From assembly GCA_009786025.1 (NCBI GenBank), contig WQUA01000001.1, forward strand, positions 32,076-96,075: DNA of 64,000 bases. The letters are read 5' to 3'. A program made the translations under genes and the position numbers. Shown here one piece after another: positions 18,210 through 27,295 of the stretch. The notes beneath the pieces are model-generated. The model was not told the DNA's origin. It searched no databases and saw nothing but the letters and a program-made list of their open reading frames with translations. Source of the DNA: Pseudomonadota bacterium. GTDB taxonomy: Bacteria; Pseudomonadota; Gammaproteobacteria; Burkholderiales; Casimicrobiaceae. Numbering within the stretch: position 1 is the stretch's first letter; each line of letters begins with the position of its first letter.

Positions 18210-18764
18210 CTATGGCCGCTTCCTGCCGGTGATCATCGACTTGATCAGGTTTTCCTTATGTACTAAGCTCGCCATCAACGCCGCAAGAACATGCACGGCA
18301 ATAAGTCCGACGGTGATGTTGGCCAATGCTTCGTGAATCTCTTCGATCCATTCCTCTCCCCAGAAGGCATCGGTTGTTGCCAGGTAGCCAGTGGCGCAGG
18401 TTACGGTCGCCATCACGAGCAACGCCACGATCATCGCCGCCGCTGCAGGGTTGTGGCCGATATGGCGGGGTGCTCTAAGCAGGATTTCATCGTGGAGGTA
18501 CGCCAGTGTTTCCCGTGGTGGTCGGACAAAATTTTTGAATCGCGCGTGATGTGGGCCGATGAAGCCCCACACGACACGCGCCGCAATCAGGAAGGCGATG
18601 GCGTAACCGACGACGATGTGCACTTCCTCAAGTTCGTCGCCGGTCACATAGGCCATCAGGAACAATGCGGCCAGCGACCAATGAAAGACTCTGACGAACA
18701 TATCCCAGACCTTGATCGTCGCCGCCGGCGAGCCGCCGCTGGTCACATTGTTCGTGGTGCTCAT
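18210..18764 (-). CDS. cytochrome b561 / Ni-Fe-hydrogenase b-type cytochrome family membrane protein
   Basis: Four predicted TM helices with conserved His residues (RVFHWSLA.., HIVVGY, RHIGHNP). The start overlaps the upstream PepSY gene stop. Confidence 0.7.
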   Translation of the reverse strand: MSTTNNVTSGGSPAATIKVWDMFVRVFHWSLAALFLMAYVTGDELEEVHIVVGYAIAFLIAARVVWGFIGPHHARFKNFVRPPRETLAYLHDEILLRAPRHIGHNPAAAAMIVALLVMATVTCATGYLATTDAFWGEEWIEEIHEALANITVGLIAVHVLAALMASLVHKENLIKSMITGRKRP

Positions 18765-19105
18765 TTCTTCGAGTCTCCCACGATTTGACCCACGATATTG
18801 CCGTTGGTGGGGTCGACGAACAGCTCGATTTTGCTGCCATCATTGCCGAGCGTGTAGAATTCGGCACACCCTTTGTCTATCTTGATTTTTTGCACGTTGT
18901 AACCGAGCGCCGCGATTTTGGTTTGCAGTTCCTGTTTCGTCAGCCATTGGCTTTCGGGTGCGGAAGTGCATGGGCGACCGAGGCTTTTTGCGTGTGCCGA
19001 ACTGACCAGCACCGTTGCTGCGATCACCGTTGCTGTAGCCAGGGCCTTGAGCGAAACGCTAATGGTGGGAATGGCATTGGAAGTTTTGAAAAATGAATTT
19101 TGCAT
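18761..19105 (-). CDS. PepSY-domain periplasmic protein
   Basis: Track ORF 18761..19174. I trimmed the start to the ATG at 19105 (MQNSFFK..), which gives a signal peptide ending AHA. The C-terminal PepSY-like block reads LGYNVQKIKIDKGCAEFYTLGNDGSKIELFVDPTNGNIV. Confidence 0.65.
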   Translation of the reverse strand: MQNSFFKTSNAIPTISVSLKALATATVIAATVLVSSAHAKSLGRPCTSAPESQWLTKQELQTKIAALGYNVQKIKIDKGCAEFYTLGNDGSKIELFVDPTNGNIVGQIVGDSKK

Positions 19106-19272
19106 TTGATGTTCTCCTCGTAAAGATTGACAATGTCTGCTGCACCATGCGGCAGGTGAGGGAAGATTAACCAAGGGGCGCTGACGGTTTCCTGTTGCTT
19201 CGTGTCAGCGAGTTGTCAGCTTGGGTGTGGCATAAATACCGTATCTTCTTATTAAAAAAAGTGGAGTGGTTC

Positions 19273-19605
19273 ATGTTTTTGTGGTTTCATCGCCTCCTTC
19301 GGGGAATTGCTTTTGCGGTGGCGCTTTTGATCGGTGTCGGGATCGTGTCAACCGCCACGCCGGCCATCGCGGGGCACGATCACGACGATGCGTTGCAGGC
19401 CGTCAGGGACGGCGAAATTCGCCCGCTCGCAGAGATTTTGAATATCGTCCGGGACAAGCTTCCCGGCGAGGTCATTCGCACGGAGCTTGAGCGGAAAGAC
19501 GGAAAGTGGATTTACGAGCTTCGCGTGGCTGATCGCGAAGGCCATTTGTTCGATGTTCATGTTGACGCGCGCAGCGGCGAAATCAAACGAACCAAGAAAA
19601 AATAA
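19273..19605 (+). CDS. PepSY-domain protein with N-terminal TM/signal segment
   Basis: Track ORF 19195..19605. I trimmed the start to the ATG at 19273 (MFLWFHRLL). The PepSY-like block reads GEVIRTELERKDGKWIYELRVADREGHLFDVHVDARSGEI. Confidence 0.65.
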   Translation: MFLWFHRLLRGIAFAVALLIGVGIVSTATPAIAGHDHDDALQAVRDGEIRPLAEILNIVRDKLPGEVIRTELERKDGKWIYELRVADREGHLFDVHVDARSGEIKRTKKK

Positions 19606-20270
19606 TGCGAATACTTCTGGTTGAAGACGATCAACGGATTGCATCGGACGTTTCGCGCGCGCTCGAATCTTCCGGCTACATCGTTGAGACTGTCAGCGAT
19701 GGCAAGGCGGCCTGGTTTCAGGGTGACACCGAAGATTATGGCGCGGTGATTCTTGATCTCGGTTTGCCGCAGATGGATGGCCTTGCAGTTCTCAAACGTT
19801 GGCGCGCCAACAAACGCACCATGCCCGTTCTCGTTCTGACCGCTCGCGGGAGTTGGGCGGAGCGGGTCGATGGAATCGATACGGGTGCCGATGACTACTT
19901 GCCGAAACCGTTTCGTATGGAAGAGTTGATTGCGCGATTGCGATCGATCATACGTCGGTCTTCGGGGCAAGCTTCGCCGGTGATCACCGCCGGCGAGATC
20001 ACGTTTGATGAGCGGCAAATGAGAGTGACGTTACGCGGCGCGCCGGTCATGTTGTCGCCACTGGAGTATCGCCTCGTCGCTCACTTGTTACGCAATCTCG
20101 GTCGGATCGTGCCTCAGCACGAACTTGAGGAAAATATTTACGGTCACGATGAGATGCACGATTCCAACGCGCTTGAAGTATTGATCGCTCGCGTGCGCAA
20201 AAAACTTGGCGCACAGGTGATTGAAACGCGACGGGGATTCGGCTATACCATATCGGAGGCATCGCCTTGA
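19605..20270 (+). CDS. OmpR/PhoB-family response regulator
   Basis: Receiver domain (LLVEDD..DLGLP..KPF) plus a winged-helix output domain (LSPLEYRLV, RGFGY). Confidence 0.9.
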   Translation: MRILLVEDDQRIASDVSRALESSGYIVETVSDGKAAWFQGDTEDYGAVILDLGLPQMDGLAVLKRWRANKRTMPVLVLTARGSWAERVDGIDTGADDYLPKPFRMEELIARLRSIIRRSSGQASPVITAGEITFDERQMRVTLRGAPVMLSPLEYRLVAHLLRNLGRIVPQHELEENIYGHDEMHDSNALEVLIARVRKKLGAQVIETRRGFGYTISEASP

Positions 20271-21646
20271 AACAGCGTTCGCTGCGGTTGCGGCTTATCG
20301 CAGGCGGGATTGTGGCGATTCTGATGGCGCTGACGCTCGCCGGCGGTGGGATGGTGTTGCTTTTCGAACGCCATGTTGCTCGCACGATTGCTGGCGGGCT
20401 CGACATTCATCTCAAACAGTTGCTGGCCGGGATCGACGTCGATTCGGAGGGTGAACTTGTGCTGGTGCAGCCGCCCGTAGATCCGCGCTTCGACAAACCG
20501 CTATCGGGGCGCTATTGGCAGGTCAGTGACGATAGAGGAAAACTTTTACGTTCGCGTTCGTTGTGGGACACGACGATGGTGCTTCCGGTTGACCAGCCGT
20601 TGCCAGGCGAAACCCACCAACACGAAGCGCCGGGGCCTGAAGGCACGCGCCTGCTGGTTGTCGAACGCACGGTTCGCCTCACGGTCGGCGATCGTGAAGA
20701 GACCGCGCGCGTTACCGTGGCCACTGATCTTGCACAGGTATCGGACGCAATACCGGTGTTTGCAAAAGATTTGTTCATTGCGCTTGGCCTTCTTGCGTTG
20801 GTACTGGCAATCGCAACTTCGATTCAGGTTGCCCTTGGCTTGCGTCCACTTGATGCGTTGCGTCGCGGTGTGGCCGAAATCAGAGCAGGCCGCAGTCGCC
20901 GTCTGCCGTTGGCAGTGCCTGCCGAAGTGCAACCGCTGGTCGAGGAGGTCAATGCGCTGATCGACGTGCAGGAACGCGAGATCGAGCGATCACGCAGTCG
21001 GGCGGCGGATCTGGCGCATGGTCTGAAGACGCCGCTTGCCGCGCTTGCCACTGATGCGGCGCGCCTTCACGAGCGAGGCGAACACATCATCGCACAGGAT
21101 ATTGCGGCGGTAGGCGAGGCCATGAGTCGCCATGTCGATCGTGAACTGGCGCGGGCTCGGGTGCGCGGTCGCTTGCGACACGCAGCAGCTTTCTCAACTG
21201 AATTGGCGTCGCTCGTGCGCTCGATGATTGCGACGCTGATGCGTACTCCCGATGGCGCGCGCGTGACATTTGAACCGGAAATTGACGGTGATATAAGCGT
21301 TCCCTTTGATCGAACCGATCTCGCGGAAGTGCTGGGCAATTTGCTCGAAAATGCTGTGCGTTATGCGAAAGAGCGCGTTCGTATCTCGACTTCCGAAAGC
21401 CCTGCCGGAGTGTCGATCCTCATTGAGGACGACGGGCCGGGGATCAGCTCGGCCTTGTTGCCCTATGTGCTTGAACGCGGCGTGCGCCTCGACGAGCGCG
21501 GTAAAGGCGCGGGCATCGGCTTTGCTATCGTTCAGGATGTTCTCGATGCGTATGGCTGGCAGCTCGATCTTGTGTCATCGAATCTCGGCGGTCTTAAGGC
21601 GAGCATTTCGCCAAAAAACATTTCCGATATCCGTCATTCAGAGTGA
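20267..21646 (+). CDS. sensor histidine kinase
   Basis: Two TM segments flank a periplasmic loop. It has an H-box (DLAHGLKTPLAAL) and N/G boxes (LLENAVRYA, DDGPGI, GAGIGFAIV). The start overlaps the regulator stop. Confidence 0.85.
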   Translation: MKQRSLRLRLIAGGIVAILMALTLAGGGMVLLFERHVARTIAGGLDIHLKQLLAGIDVDSEGELVLVQPPVDPRFDKPLSGRYWQVSDDRGKLLRSRSLWDTTMVLPVDQPLPGETHQHEAPGPEGTRLLVVERTVRLTVGDREETARVTVATDLAQVSDAIPVFAKDLFIALGLLALVLAIATSIQVALGLRPLDALRRGVAEIRAGRSRRLPLAVPAEVQPLVEEVNALIDVQEREIERSRSRAADLAHGLKTPLAALATDAARLHERGEHIIAQDIAAVGEAMSRHVDRELARARVRGRLRHAAAFSTELASLVRSMIATLMRTPDGARVTFEPEIDGDISVPFDRTDLAEVLGNLLENAVRYAKERVRISTSESPAGVSILIEDDGPGISSALLPYVLERGVRLDERGKGAGIGFAIVQDVLDAYGWQLDLVSSNLGGLKASISPKNISDIRHSE

Positions 21647-21714
21647 GTCTGCAAAACTTGGTGTTGACAAAAATCGCCGCAAGAAACGGAAGTGTTGAGA
21701 GCAGAATTACGCGA

Positions 21715-22848
21715 TTAATTCTGCCGATCACCTTTATGAGGCGCAGACGGTGGCGAGGGGTCTTCCCACCAGCGTGAAATTTTTGTGACGCCGGGAATCA
21801 GCTTTTGCCCGATGAGCGGCGTAAGCAGATGGACGTTGCCGTCTTTGTCGGCCAGCTCAGTCATCATACGGATGGATTCGTCCCAAGGATGCAGCGCGAG
21901 ATCGAAAACGCCCCAGTGTTCGGGAACCAGCGATATGGCTTGAACATCGTGGTAAGCCTGAATCACTTCAGCGGGAAACAAATGTGTGTTGGGCCAGCCG
22001 GGATTCCAGGCGTCGATTTCAAAAAAGGCCACATCAAAGGGGCCATGCTTTGCGCCGATGGTGCGAAAATGTTCGCTGTATCCGGTATCGCCGCTGATGA
22101 AAACTTTCTTTTGTTTTCCTTTCAGCACGTAGCTGACCCACAGCGTACTGTTGCGCGTCGAATAAGTACGACCGGAGAAATGAATGGCACGCTCCGCAAC
22201 GATGCTGACGCCGTCCTCACTGAATTCATCCCCCCAGACAAGTTCGCGGATTTTTTCCTTTGGAACGCCCCAACTGACAAGATGCGCGCCGACGCCGAGC
22301 GGCACGATAAAAAGCGTTTCCTTATCTCTGAGATAACGAACGGTGGCGTATTCGAGATGATCGTAATGATCGTGCGTAATCAGTACATAATCGGTCGGCG
22401 GCAGCTCTTCGCGTTCGAGCGGGGGCGGGGTGTAACGCCGCACGACAAAAGGAAGGGGCGCGGCATTGCTGAATACCGGATCAACCAACAGGCGCTTGCC
22501 TTCCAGCTCGATGATGAACGAAGAATGTCCCAACCAGTACACCGCCAACGCTTCCGGTTTTTCCGCAAACGCTTCTCTGTTGAGCTTGACTGTGGGCAAT
22601 GGAACCTTCGGAGCATTGGGGTCAGGCATGAAGAAACGAAGCCATCCGGCGTTGCCGCCGCACACACGATCCGGATAGAAAGGAGTTTCTTTCTCCAGGT
22701 TGAAAAATTTTCCGTCGGCAAAATAAGGCAGGTTTTCATAGGAGGAAATATCTTCCGGCGTCTGTCCGAATTCACGCAGCGCGCATCCCGTCAATAAGGC
22801 GGCGGTCGCCAGCGGAATCGCAGCGAGAATCTTTGAGAAACTTTTCAT
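21715..22848 (-). CDS. MBL-fold hydrolase lipoprotein (NAPE-PLD-like Lactamase_B_2 type)
   Basis: Track ORF 21715..23331. I trimmed the start to the ATG at 22848 (MKSFSKILAAIPLATAALLTGC), which gives a lipobox. It carries the ITHDHYDHL motif. The start overlaps the MFS gene stop in an ATGA. Confidence 0.7.
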   Translation of the reverse strand: MKSFSKILAAIPLATAALLTGCALREFGQTPEDISSYENLPYFADGKFFNLEKETPFYPDRVCGGNAGWLRFFMPDPNAPKVPLPTVKLNREAFAEKPEALAVYWLGHSSFIIELEGKRLLVDPVFSNAAPLPFVVRRYTPPPLEREELPPTDYVLITHDHYDHLEYATVRYLRDKETLFIVPLGVGAHLVSWGVPKEKIRELVWGDEFSEDGVSIVAERAIHFSGRTYSTRNSTLWVSYVLKGKQKKVFISGDTGYSEHFRTIGAKHGPFDVAFFEIDAWNPGWPNTHLFPAEVIQAYHDVQAISLVPEHWGVFDLALHPWDESIRMMTELADKDGNVHLLTPLIGQKLIPGVTKISRWWEDPSPPSAPHKGDRQN

Positions 22849-24110
22849 GGGCTTTTTTGCATGTTCACGCGATTCGGCTTTTCCTCCTGGATTGGGAGAT
22901 TCACAAGGGCTGCAAAGAACGCCAGAGCAATATCCAGATACCAGACCCACTGGAGATTTCCCGAGTATTGCATCGCCAATCCGCCGAACCATGCGCCGAG
23001 AAAACCGCCGACCTGGTGCGTCAGAAAAGCCAGACCAAAAAGCGTTGCGAGGTATTGGGTTCCGAAAAGTTTGCCGACGATACCTGCCGTGGGCGGCACG
23101 GTCGCCAGCCAGGTCAGGCCGGTGGCTACGGCAAAAATATAGAAGGTCGTTTCGGTCTTGGGCGAGATCAGATAAACAGCAATCATCAGAGAGCGGAAAG
23201 CGTACAAAGCCGCCAAGATGTATTTCATCTTGAAATATTTTCCCAAGTATCCCGCAAAGATGCTCCCGGCGATGTTGCATAAACCGATGATGGAAAGGCT
23301 TGTCGCTGAAACAGACGCTGCATGTCCGCACAAACCGACTTCACCGGGAAGGTGGGTGGTGAGAAAGGCGACGTGAAAACCGCAGGTGAAAAAACCGGCG
23401 TGTAAAAGAAGGTAGCTCGGGTTTCTCGCCGCAACATACAGCTGCTGTCGTAGTTTGAGCGCACTCTGTGTTTTTGCTTCGATATCGACGGGGCTTGCGT
23501 GATGTGCGGAACCGATGACTTTCTTGCGGCAGAGAAACCAGGCGGGAATGATAGAGAGCAGAGCAGAGATCGCCAGAAAGACTAACCCCGCAGAATAGTT
23601 ACGCAAACTTATGAGCGCTTGAACGAGCGGCGCAAAGACAAACTGCCCCATCGAGCCGCCCGCGTTAATCAGGCCGCTTGCCACCGAGCGATTTTCAGTT
23701 GTCAAACGCCCGGCGACGATGCCGATGAGCACAGAGAAACTTCCCGCTGCCGCGCCGGCCGGGCTGAGTATTCCCTGCATCGCCGCCATCGGCAGGAAAG
23801 AGCTTGCCCAGATGGTGCCAAGTTGCCCACAAGCGAGGAGGATCGCCCCCGTCAACAAAGCCGGGAAGGGCCCCTTTTTGTCTGCCCAGGCGCCGAAGAA
23901 CGGTTGGAACACGCCCCACATGAGCTGACCTATCGCTATCGCCATACTCAACTCGACGACGCTCATCGCCGTGGCGTGAACAATGGGATGCAGAAACAAA
24001 CCGACGGTTTGCCTGAAGCCCATGTTAATCATGAGAATGATGGCTGCCAGTATCACCGGAACCCAGAAAGGAGAAACGGCGATGGCGGTTGTTTTATGGG
24101 TGTTGTTCAT
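22845..24110 (-). CDS. MFS transporter
   Basis: About 12 predicted TM helices and typical MFS loops (e.g. GAWADKKG). Confidence 0.8.
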   Translation of the reverse strand: MNNTHKTTAIAVSPFWVPVILAAIILMINMGFRQTVGLFLHPIVHATAMSVVELSMAIAIGQLMWGVFQPFFGAWADKKGPFPALLTGAILLACGQLGTIWASSFLPMAAMQGILSPAGAAAGSFSVLIGIVAGRLTTENRSVASGLINAGGSMGQFVFAPLVQALISLRNYSAGLVFLAISALLSIIPAWFLCRKKVIGSAHHASPVDIEAKTQSALKLRQQLYVAARNPSYLLLHAGFFTCGFHVAFLTTHLPGEVGLCGHAASVSATSLSIIGLCNIAGSIFAGYLGKYFKMKYILAALYAFRSLMIAVYLISPKTETTFYIFAVATGLTWLATVPPTAGIVGKLFGTQYLATLFGLAFLTHQVGGFLGAWFGGLAMQYSGNLQWVWYLDIALAFFAALVNLPIQEEKPNRVNMQKSP

Positions 24111-24151
24111 TTGTCGTTTTTGGAAGTGCGCGATCTTAACGGGCTTCTTGC

Positions 24152-24937
24152 CTATTTGGTTTCGTTACGAGTTTTGGGTGAACCAGCAGCTTTCTCTTTC
24201 TTCAACGCCGCGAATTCCTGTGGCTCCCATTCGCGCAAAGCAAAAAAGAAACCGACGCCGTGCCGCTCGCTGAGCGGTGCGGCAAGGCTTTCTTCGTGCA
24301 GATCGGCAAAGCTTTTTCGAAGTCGCTTTAATTGAGACTGAAATTGCGTATTGGCAGCGGGAGTGAGCATCGCGTGGGTGAAAGCGGACGTTTCGTAAGG
24401 GGCTTTGAACGAGCTTTCCAGAAAATCGCGCAAGCCTTGTTGTTGAAAAAAACGGCTGATCGGACCGTTTTCCTGCCAGGCAAAATCGCGTGCGATCCGC
24501 AGGCGCACACGGTTCTGCGGCAAAAAATCAATCAGCCGCAGACGATCAAGCGTGACCAGGTATTTAATACATTGCGTTTCACTGATGTTGTATTTGGCGA
24601 CGATGTCGGCCAGTACCCAATGATTCATCACGCACGCAGCCACCAGAAAGAGCCGGGTGTCGGCCATCAACGCTTTTTCCTGCTCAAGTGTCAATGAACG
24701 CAACGGCGGTTCATACGTCGCGGCCTCCTGCATCAGTTCGGCGAGCGTGAGACCGAGTAAGTCCGCGATGGCGACAAGCTGCTCCAGCGAAATGCGGCGC
24801 AGGGAAAACCAGCGTTTGACGCTGGCCTCGGAGGTTTCCAACAGGCGGGCAATATCGCGGTACGTCAGATTGCGCGCCTTTAACTCGCGCTTGATCGTGA
24901 GAAAAAGGTGAGCGATTTGGGTGGCTCCGCCTTCCAT
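24152..24937 (-). CDS. XRE-type helix-turn-helix transcriptional regulator with an uncharacterised C-terminal domain
   Basis: N-terminal HTH (LTYRDIARLLETSEASVKRWFS). It is the first gene of a same-strand regulator-MFS-MBL trio. Confidence 0.6.
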   Translation of the reverse strand: MEGGATQIAHLFLTIKRELKARNLTYRDIARLLETSEASVKRWFSLRRISLEQLVAIADLLGLTLAELMQEAATYEPPLRSLTLEQEKALMADTRLFLVAACVMNHWVLADIVAKYNISETQCIKYLVTLDRLRLIDFLPQNRVRLRIARDFAWQENGPISRFFQQQGLRDFLESSFKAPYETSAFTHAMLTPAANTQFQSQLKRLRKSFADLHEESLAAPLSERHGVGFFFALREWEPQEFAALKKEKAAGSPKTRNETK

Positions 24938-25069
24938 AAAAACCCCTTTCGCAAAAGTATCAATTGGTAATGCTTAAACGGCATTGTAGTGCAATTCCAT
25001 CTTTTTTGGTTTCAAAAACAGCGCCATTGCGTCACGCTGTCAGCGTTAACTTTGTGATGGAGGTGGGTT

Positions 25070-25921
25070 ATGTCTTCTGCGAATTCTTTTTCTGATCACA
25101 AGCGTCGAGTGATGTCGCCAGAATGGCTTTTCTGGGCGCCGCCGTTGTTGGTGGCGGCGATGATCGCTGCGCTTTACGTTTATGGGCCGATCAGTCAGCC
25201 ACTAAGCTACCATGATTTCGCCGATCAGCGCATGATAGGTGGCGTGCCGCATGGCGCGGATGTGTGGTCAAACCTCGGTTTTGCACTTGTGGGGTTGTGG
25301 GGGCTTATCCGATTGTTTTCGCAGCGCCATCATCCGCAACTCAGACAAGGTTGGCCGGGATATGCTCTTTTTCTGTTAGCCTTGATCGGAACCGCCATCG
25401 GTTCGGCGCTTTATCATTGGGCGCCAGACAACATCCGGTTGATATGGGATCGTTTACCGATTGCGTTGGCGTGCGCCGGATTGCTGGCGGCCGTGCGCTG
25501 CGAAACGCTCTGCTCGGGTGAGGGTTGGGCGGCAGCGGCGGCGCTGGGTATTGTCGCAGCAGCCAGCGTTGCCTGGTGGTATATCACCGGCGTGTGTGGC
25601 CAAGACGATTTGCGGCCCTACCTGCTTTTGCAATGCTTGCCGCTGGTGCTGATTCCGCTGTGGCAGAGAGCGCATCGCGCACTCGTCGCCGATCAGAAAG
25701 CGTTTCTGTGGGCGATTGGTTTTTACTTTCTGGCGAAAGTGGCCGAACTCGGCGACAGCATGTTGTTTGACAGCTTGCACGTGGTCAGCGGGCACACGCT
25801 GAAACATCTGTTCGCAACGCTGGCGGCGGCGGTGATTGTTTGGCGGTTGGGGGAGAGAGTGAAGAAGCGCAGCGGCGGGAGCTTCCCTTTGAATAAAGAG
25901 CAGGCTTTTAGGATAATATAA
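25070..25921 (+). CDS. ceramidase-like (alkaline ceramidase family) integral membrane protein
   Basis: About seven TM segments. The N-terminal YHDFADQR..VWSNLGF motif and the HWAPDN..WDRLPI motif match bacterial ceramidase-domain proteins as I remember them. Confidence 0.5.
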   Translation: MSSANSFSDHKRRVMSPEWLFWAPPLLVAAMIAALYVYGPISQPLSYHDFADQRMIGGVPHGADVWSNLGFALVGLWGLIRLFSQRHHPQLRQGWPGYALFLLALIGTAIGSALYHWAPDNIRLIWDRLPIALACAGLLAAVRCETLCSGEGWAAAAALGIVAAASVAWWYITGVCGQDDLRPYLLLQCLPLVLIPLWQRAHRALVADQKAFLWAIGFYFLAKVAELGDSMLFDSLHVVSGHTLKHLFATLAAAVIVWRLGERVKKRSGGSFPLNKEQAFRII

Positions 25922-25960
25922 GCTTTTCTTTTAAGAAGGAATCCAAGGGGTTTTCATCGT

Positions 25961-26770
25961 ATGTTTCGCCATTGGCTAAAGAAGTCGTTATCCCCACAAC
26001 CTTCGCTTGATCCGGGCATGATGGGGTTCACTTGTAATCTTTGTGGATCATTGGCGATGGCACCATTTGATCAAGTGTCCGCACGTGAAGTTGTGTCTTG
26101 CCCTTGCGGCGCAACCTTACGCTTTCGATCGGTTGTCTCGGCGTTGACAGAGCGGCTTCTGGGCGACGGATCACTATTACTGAACCGGATGCCGCCGCAG
26201 AAACAGTTCATCGGATTCGGTATGAGCGACGCCGCCGTTTATGGCAATCTTTTAGAACAGACGTTCAGCTACACCAATACGTACTATCATAAAGAACCGC
26301 ATCTCGATATTACCGATCCTCCCGCGGCGTTGCTCGGAAAGCATGATTTTATAATCTCGTCTGATGTCATGGAACACGTTGCGCGCCCCGTGGACAATGC
26401 GTTCCGCCATCTTGCCGAGCTGTTGAAACCCGGCGGCGTGTTGGTTTTAACAGTGCCGTTTGCAACAGAAGGAAGCACAATAGAACATTTTCCCGAATTA
26501 TTTGAATATAAGATCGTTGGAGAAGGTGCCGACCAACAACTCATCAATCGGACGCGGGATGGCCGGGAGCAGTGTTTCGATAATTTGGTTTTTCATGGTG
26601 ACGATGGAGCAACTCTTGAGATGCGGCTGTTTTCAAGGGATGATCTAATCCGGTTATTGCAAGGGGCAGGCTTTTCTGATGTCCGAATCCATTCTCGCCC
26701 GATTCCGAGTATCGGCGTCATCCAGATTGAGCCTTTTTCACTTCCTATCACGGCGATCAAACGGCGCTAG
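25961..26770 (+). CDS. class I SAM-dependent methyltransferase with N-terminal Cys4 zinc-ribbon
   Basis: CNLCG..CPCG cysteine pairs, then methyltransferase motifs (IISSDVMEHV, LLKPGGVLVLTVP). Confidence 0.7.
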   Translation: MFRHWLKKSLSPQPSLDPGMMGFTCNLCGSLAMAPFDQVSAREVVSCPCGATLRFRSVVSALTERLLGDGSLLLNRMPPQKQFIGFGMSDAAVYGNLLEQTFSYTNTYYHKEPHLDITDPPAALLGKHDFIISSDVMEHVARPVDNAFRHLAELLKPGGVLVLTVPFATEGSTIEHFPELFEYKIVGEGADQQLINRTRDGREQCFDNLVFHGDDGATLEMRLFSRDDLIRLLQGAGFSDVRIHSRPIPSIGVIQIEPFSLPITAIKRR

Positions 26771-26774
26771 TCGT

Positions 26775-26842
26775 TCTCACGCGAAGGCGCGAAGCCGCGA
26801 AGAAAAATCTCTCCTCTCCCACTTGCGGGAGGGGGCGGAAGG
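26775..26842. repeat. solo copy of the MITE left end plus a CTCTCCC..GGGAGGG hairpin
   Basis: Positions 26775-26800 match 16645-16670 at 26/26. No right-end inverted repeat is present. Confidence 0.6.
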
Positions 26843-26891
26843 CAGGCAGTTCGAATACCAAAAGATTATTTTAAGGAGGCAGAGCTTTGTT

Positions 26892-27140
26892 ATGGGTCTC
26901 GAAGTCGTTGAGTTTGTGCAGGCTGTTGAAGAAGAATTCGGCATCAAGATTAAAGAAACAGATGCCGAACATCTCATTACACCCAGAAAAGTAGCCGATT
27001 ATGTTGCGTTTTGCTTGGGTGAAACACCGCGAGATGACATTTTGCGGCGGGTGATCCAGATAGCTTCTGAGCAGTTCGACGTTCCGTTAGAGCAAATTCT
27101 TCCCGATCATGATTTTGTGAAAGACCTTGGAGTTGGGTAA
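26892..27140 (+). CDS. small ACP-like protein, apparently circularly permuted and lacking the attachment Ser
   Basis: ATG 12 nt after AGGAGG. The N-terminal half (GLEVVEFVQAVEEEFGIKIKETDAEHLITPRKVADYV) resembles ACP helices II-IV. The C-terminal half (ILRRVIQIASEQFDVPLEQILPDHDFVKDLGVG) resembles ACP helix I up to the DLG of the DSL motif. Confidence 0.45.
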   Translation: MGLEVVEFVQAVEEEFGIKIKETDAEHLITPRKVADYVAFCLGETPRDDILRRVIQIASEQFDVPLEQILPDHDFVKDLGVG

Positions 27141-27295
27141 GCTCTTTCGCGCCTGCCTCAGTGTCGGCTGGGGTGGAACGAAGTGGAAAACCCCAGCTTC
27201 AAGCATCGTTGAGAAGCCGAAAACGCTGGGATTACGCTACTGTTTTACTTCCTAGCCGTCTTGTTGAACTACCGAGAAATCCCCGGTAGTTGAAT

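Noticed and set aside
22849-23331. A 161-codon N-terminal extension of the MBL-hydrolase ORF (track ORF 21715..23331), overlapping the MFS gene.
   Set aside because: The extension overlaps the MFS transporter frame completely. An internal ATG at 22848 gives a classical lipoprotein signal peptide and an ATGA coupling to the MFS stop.
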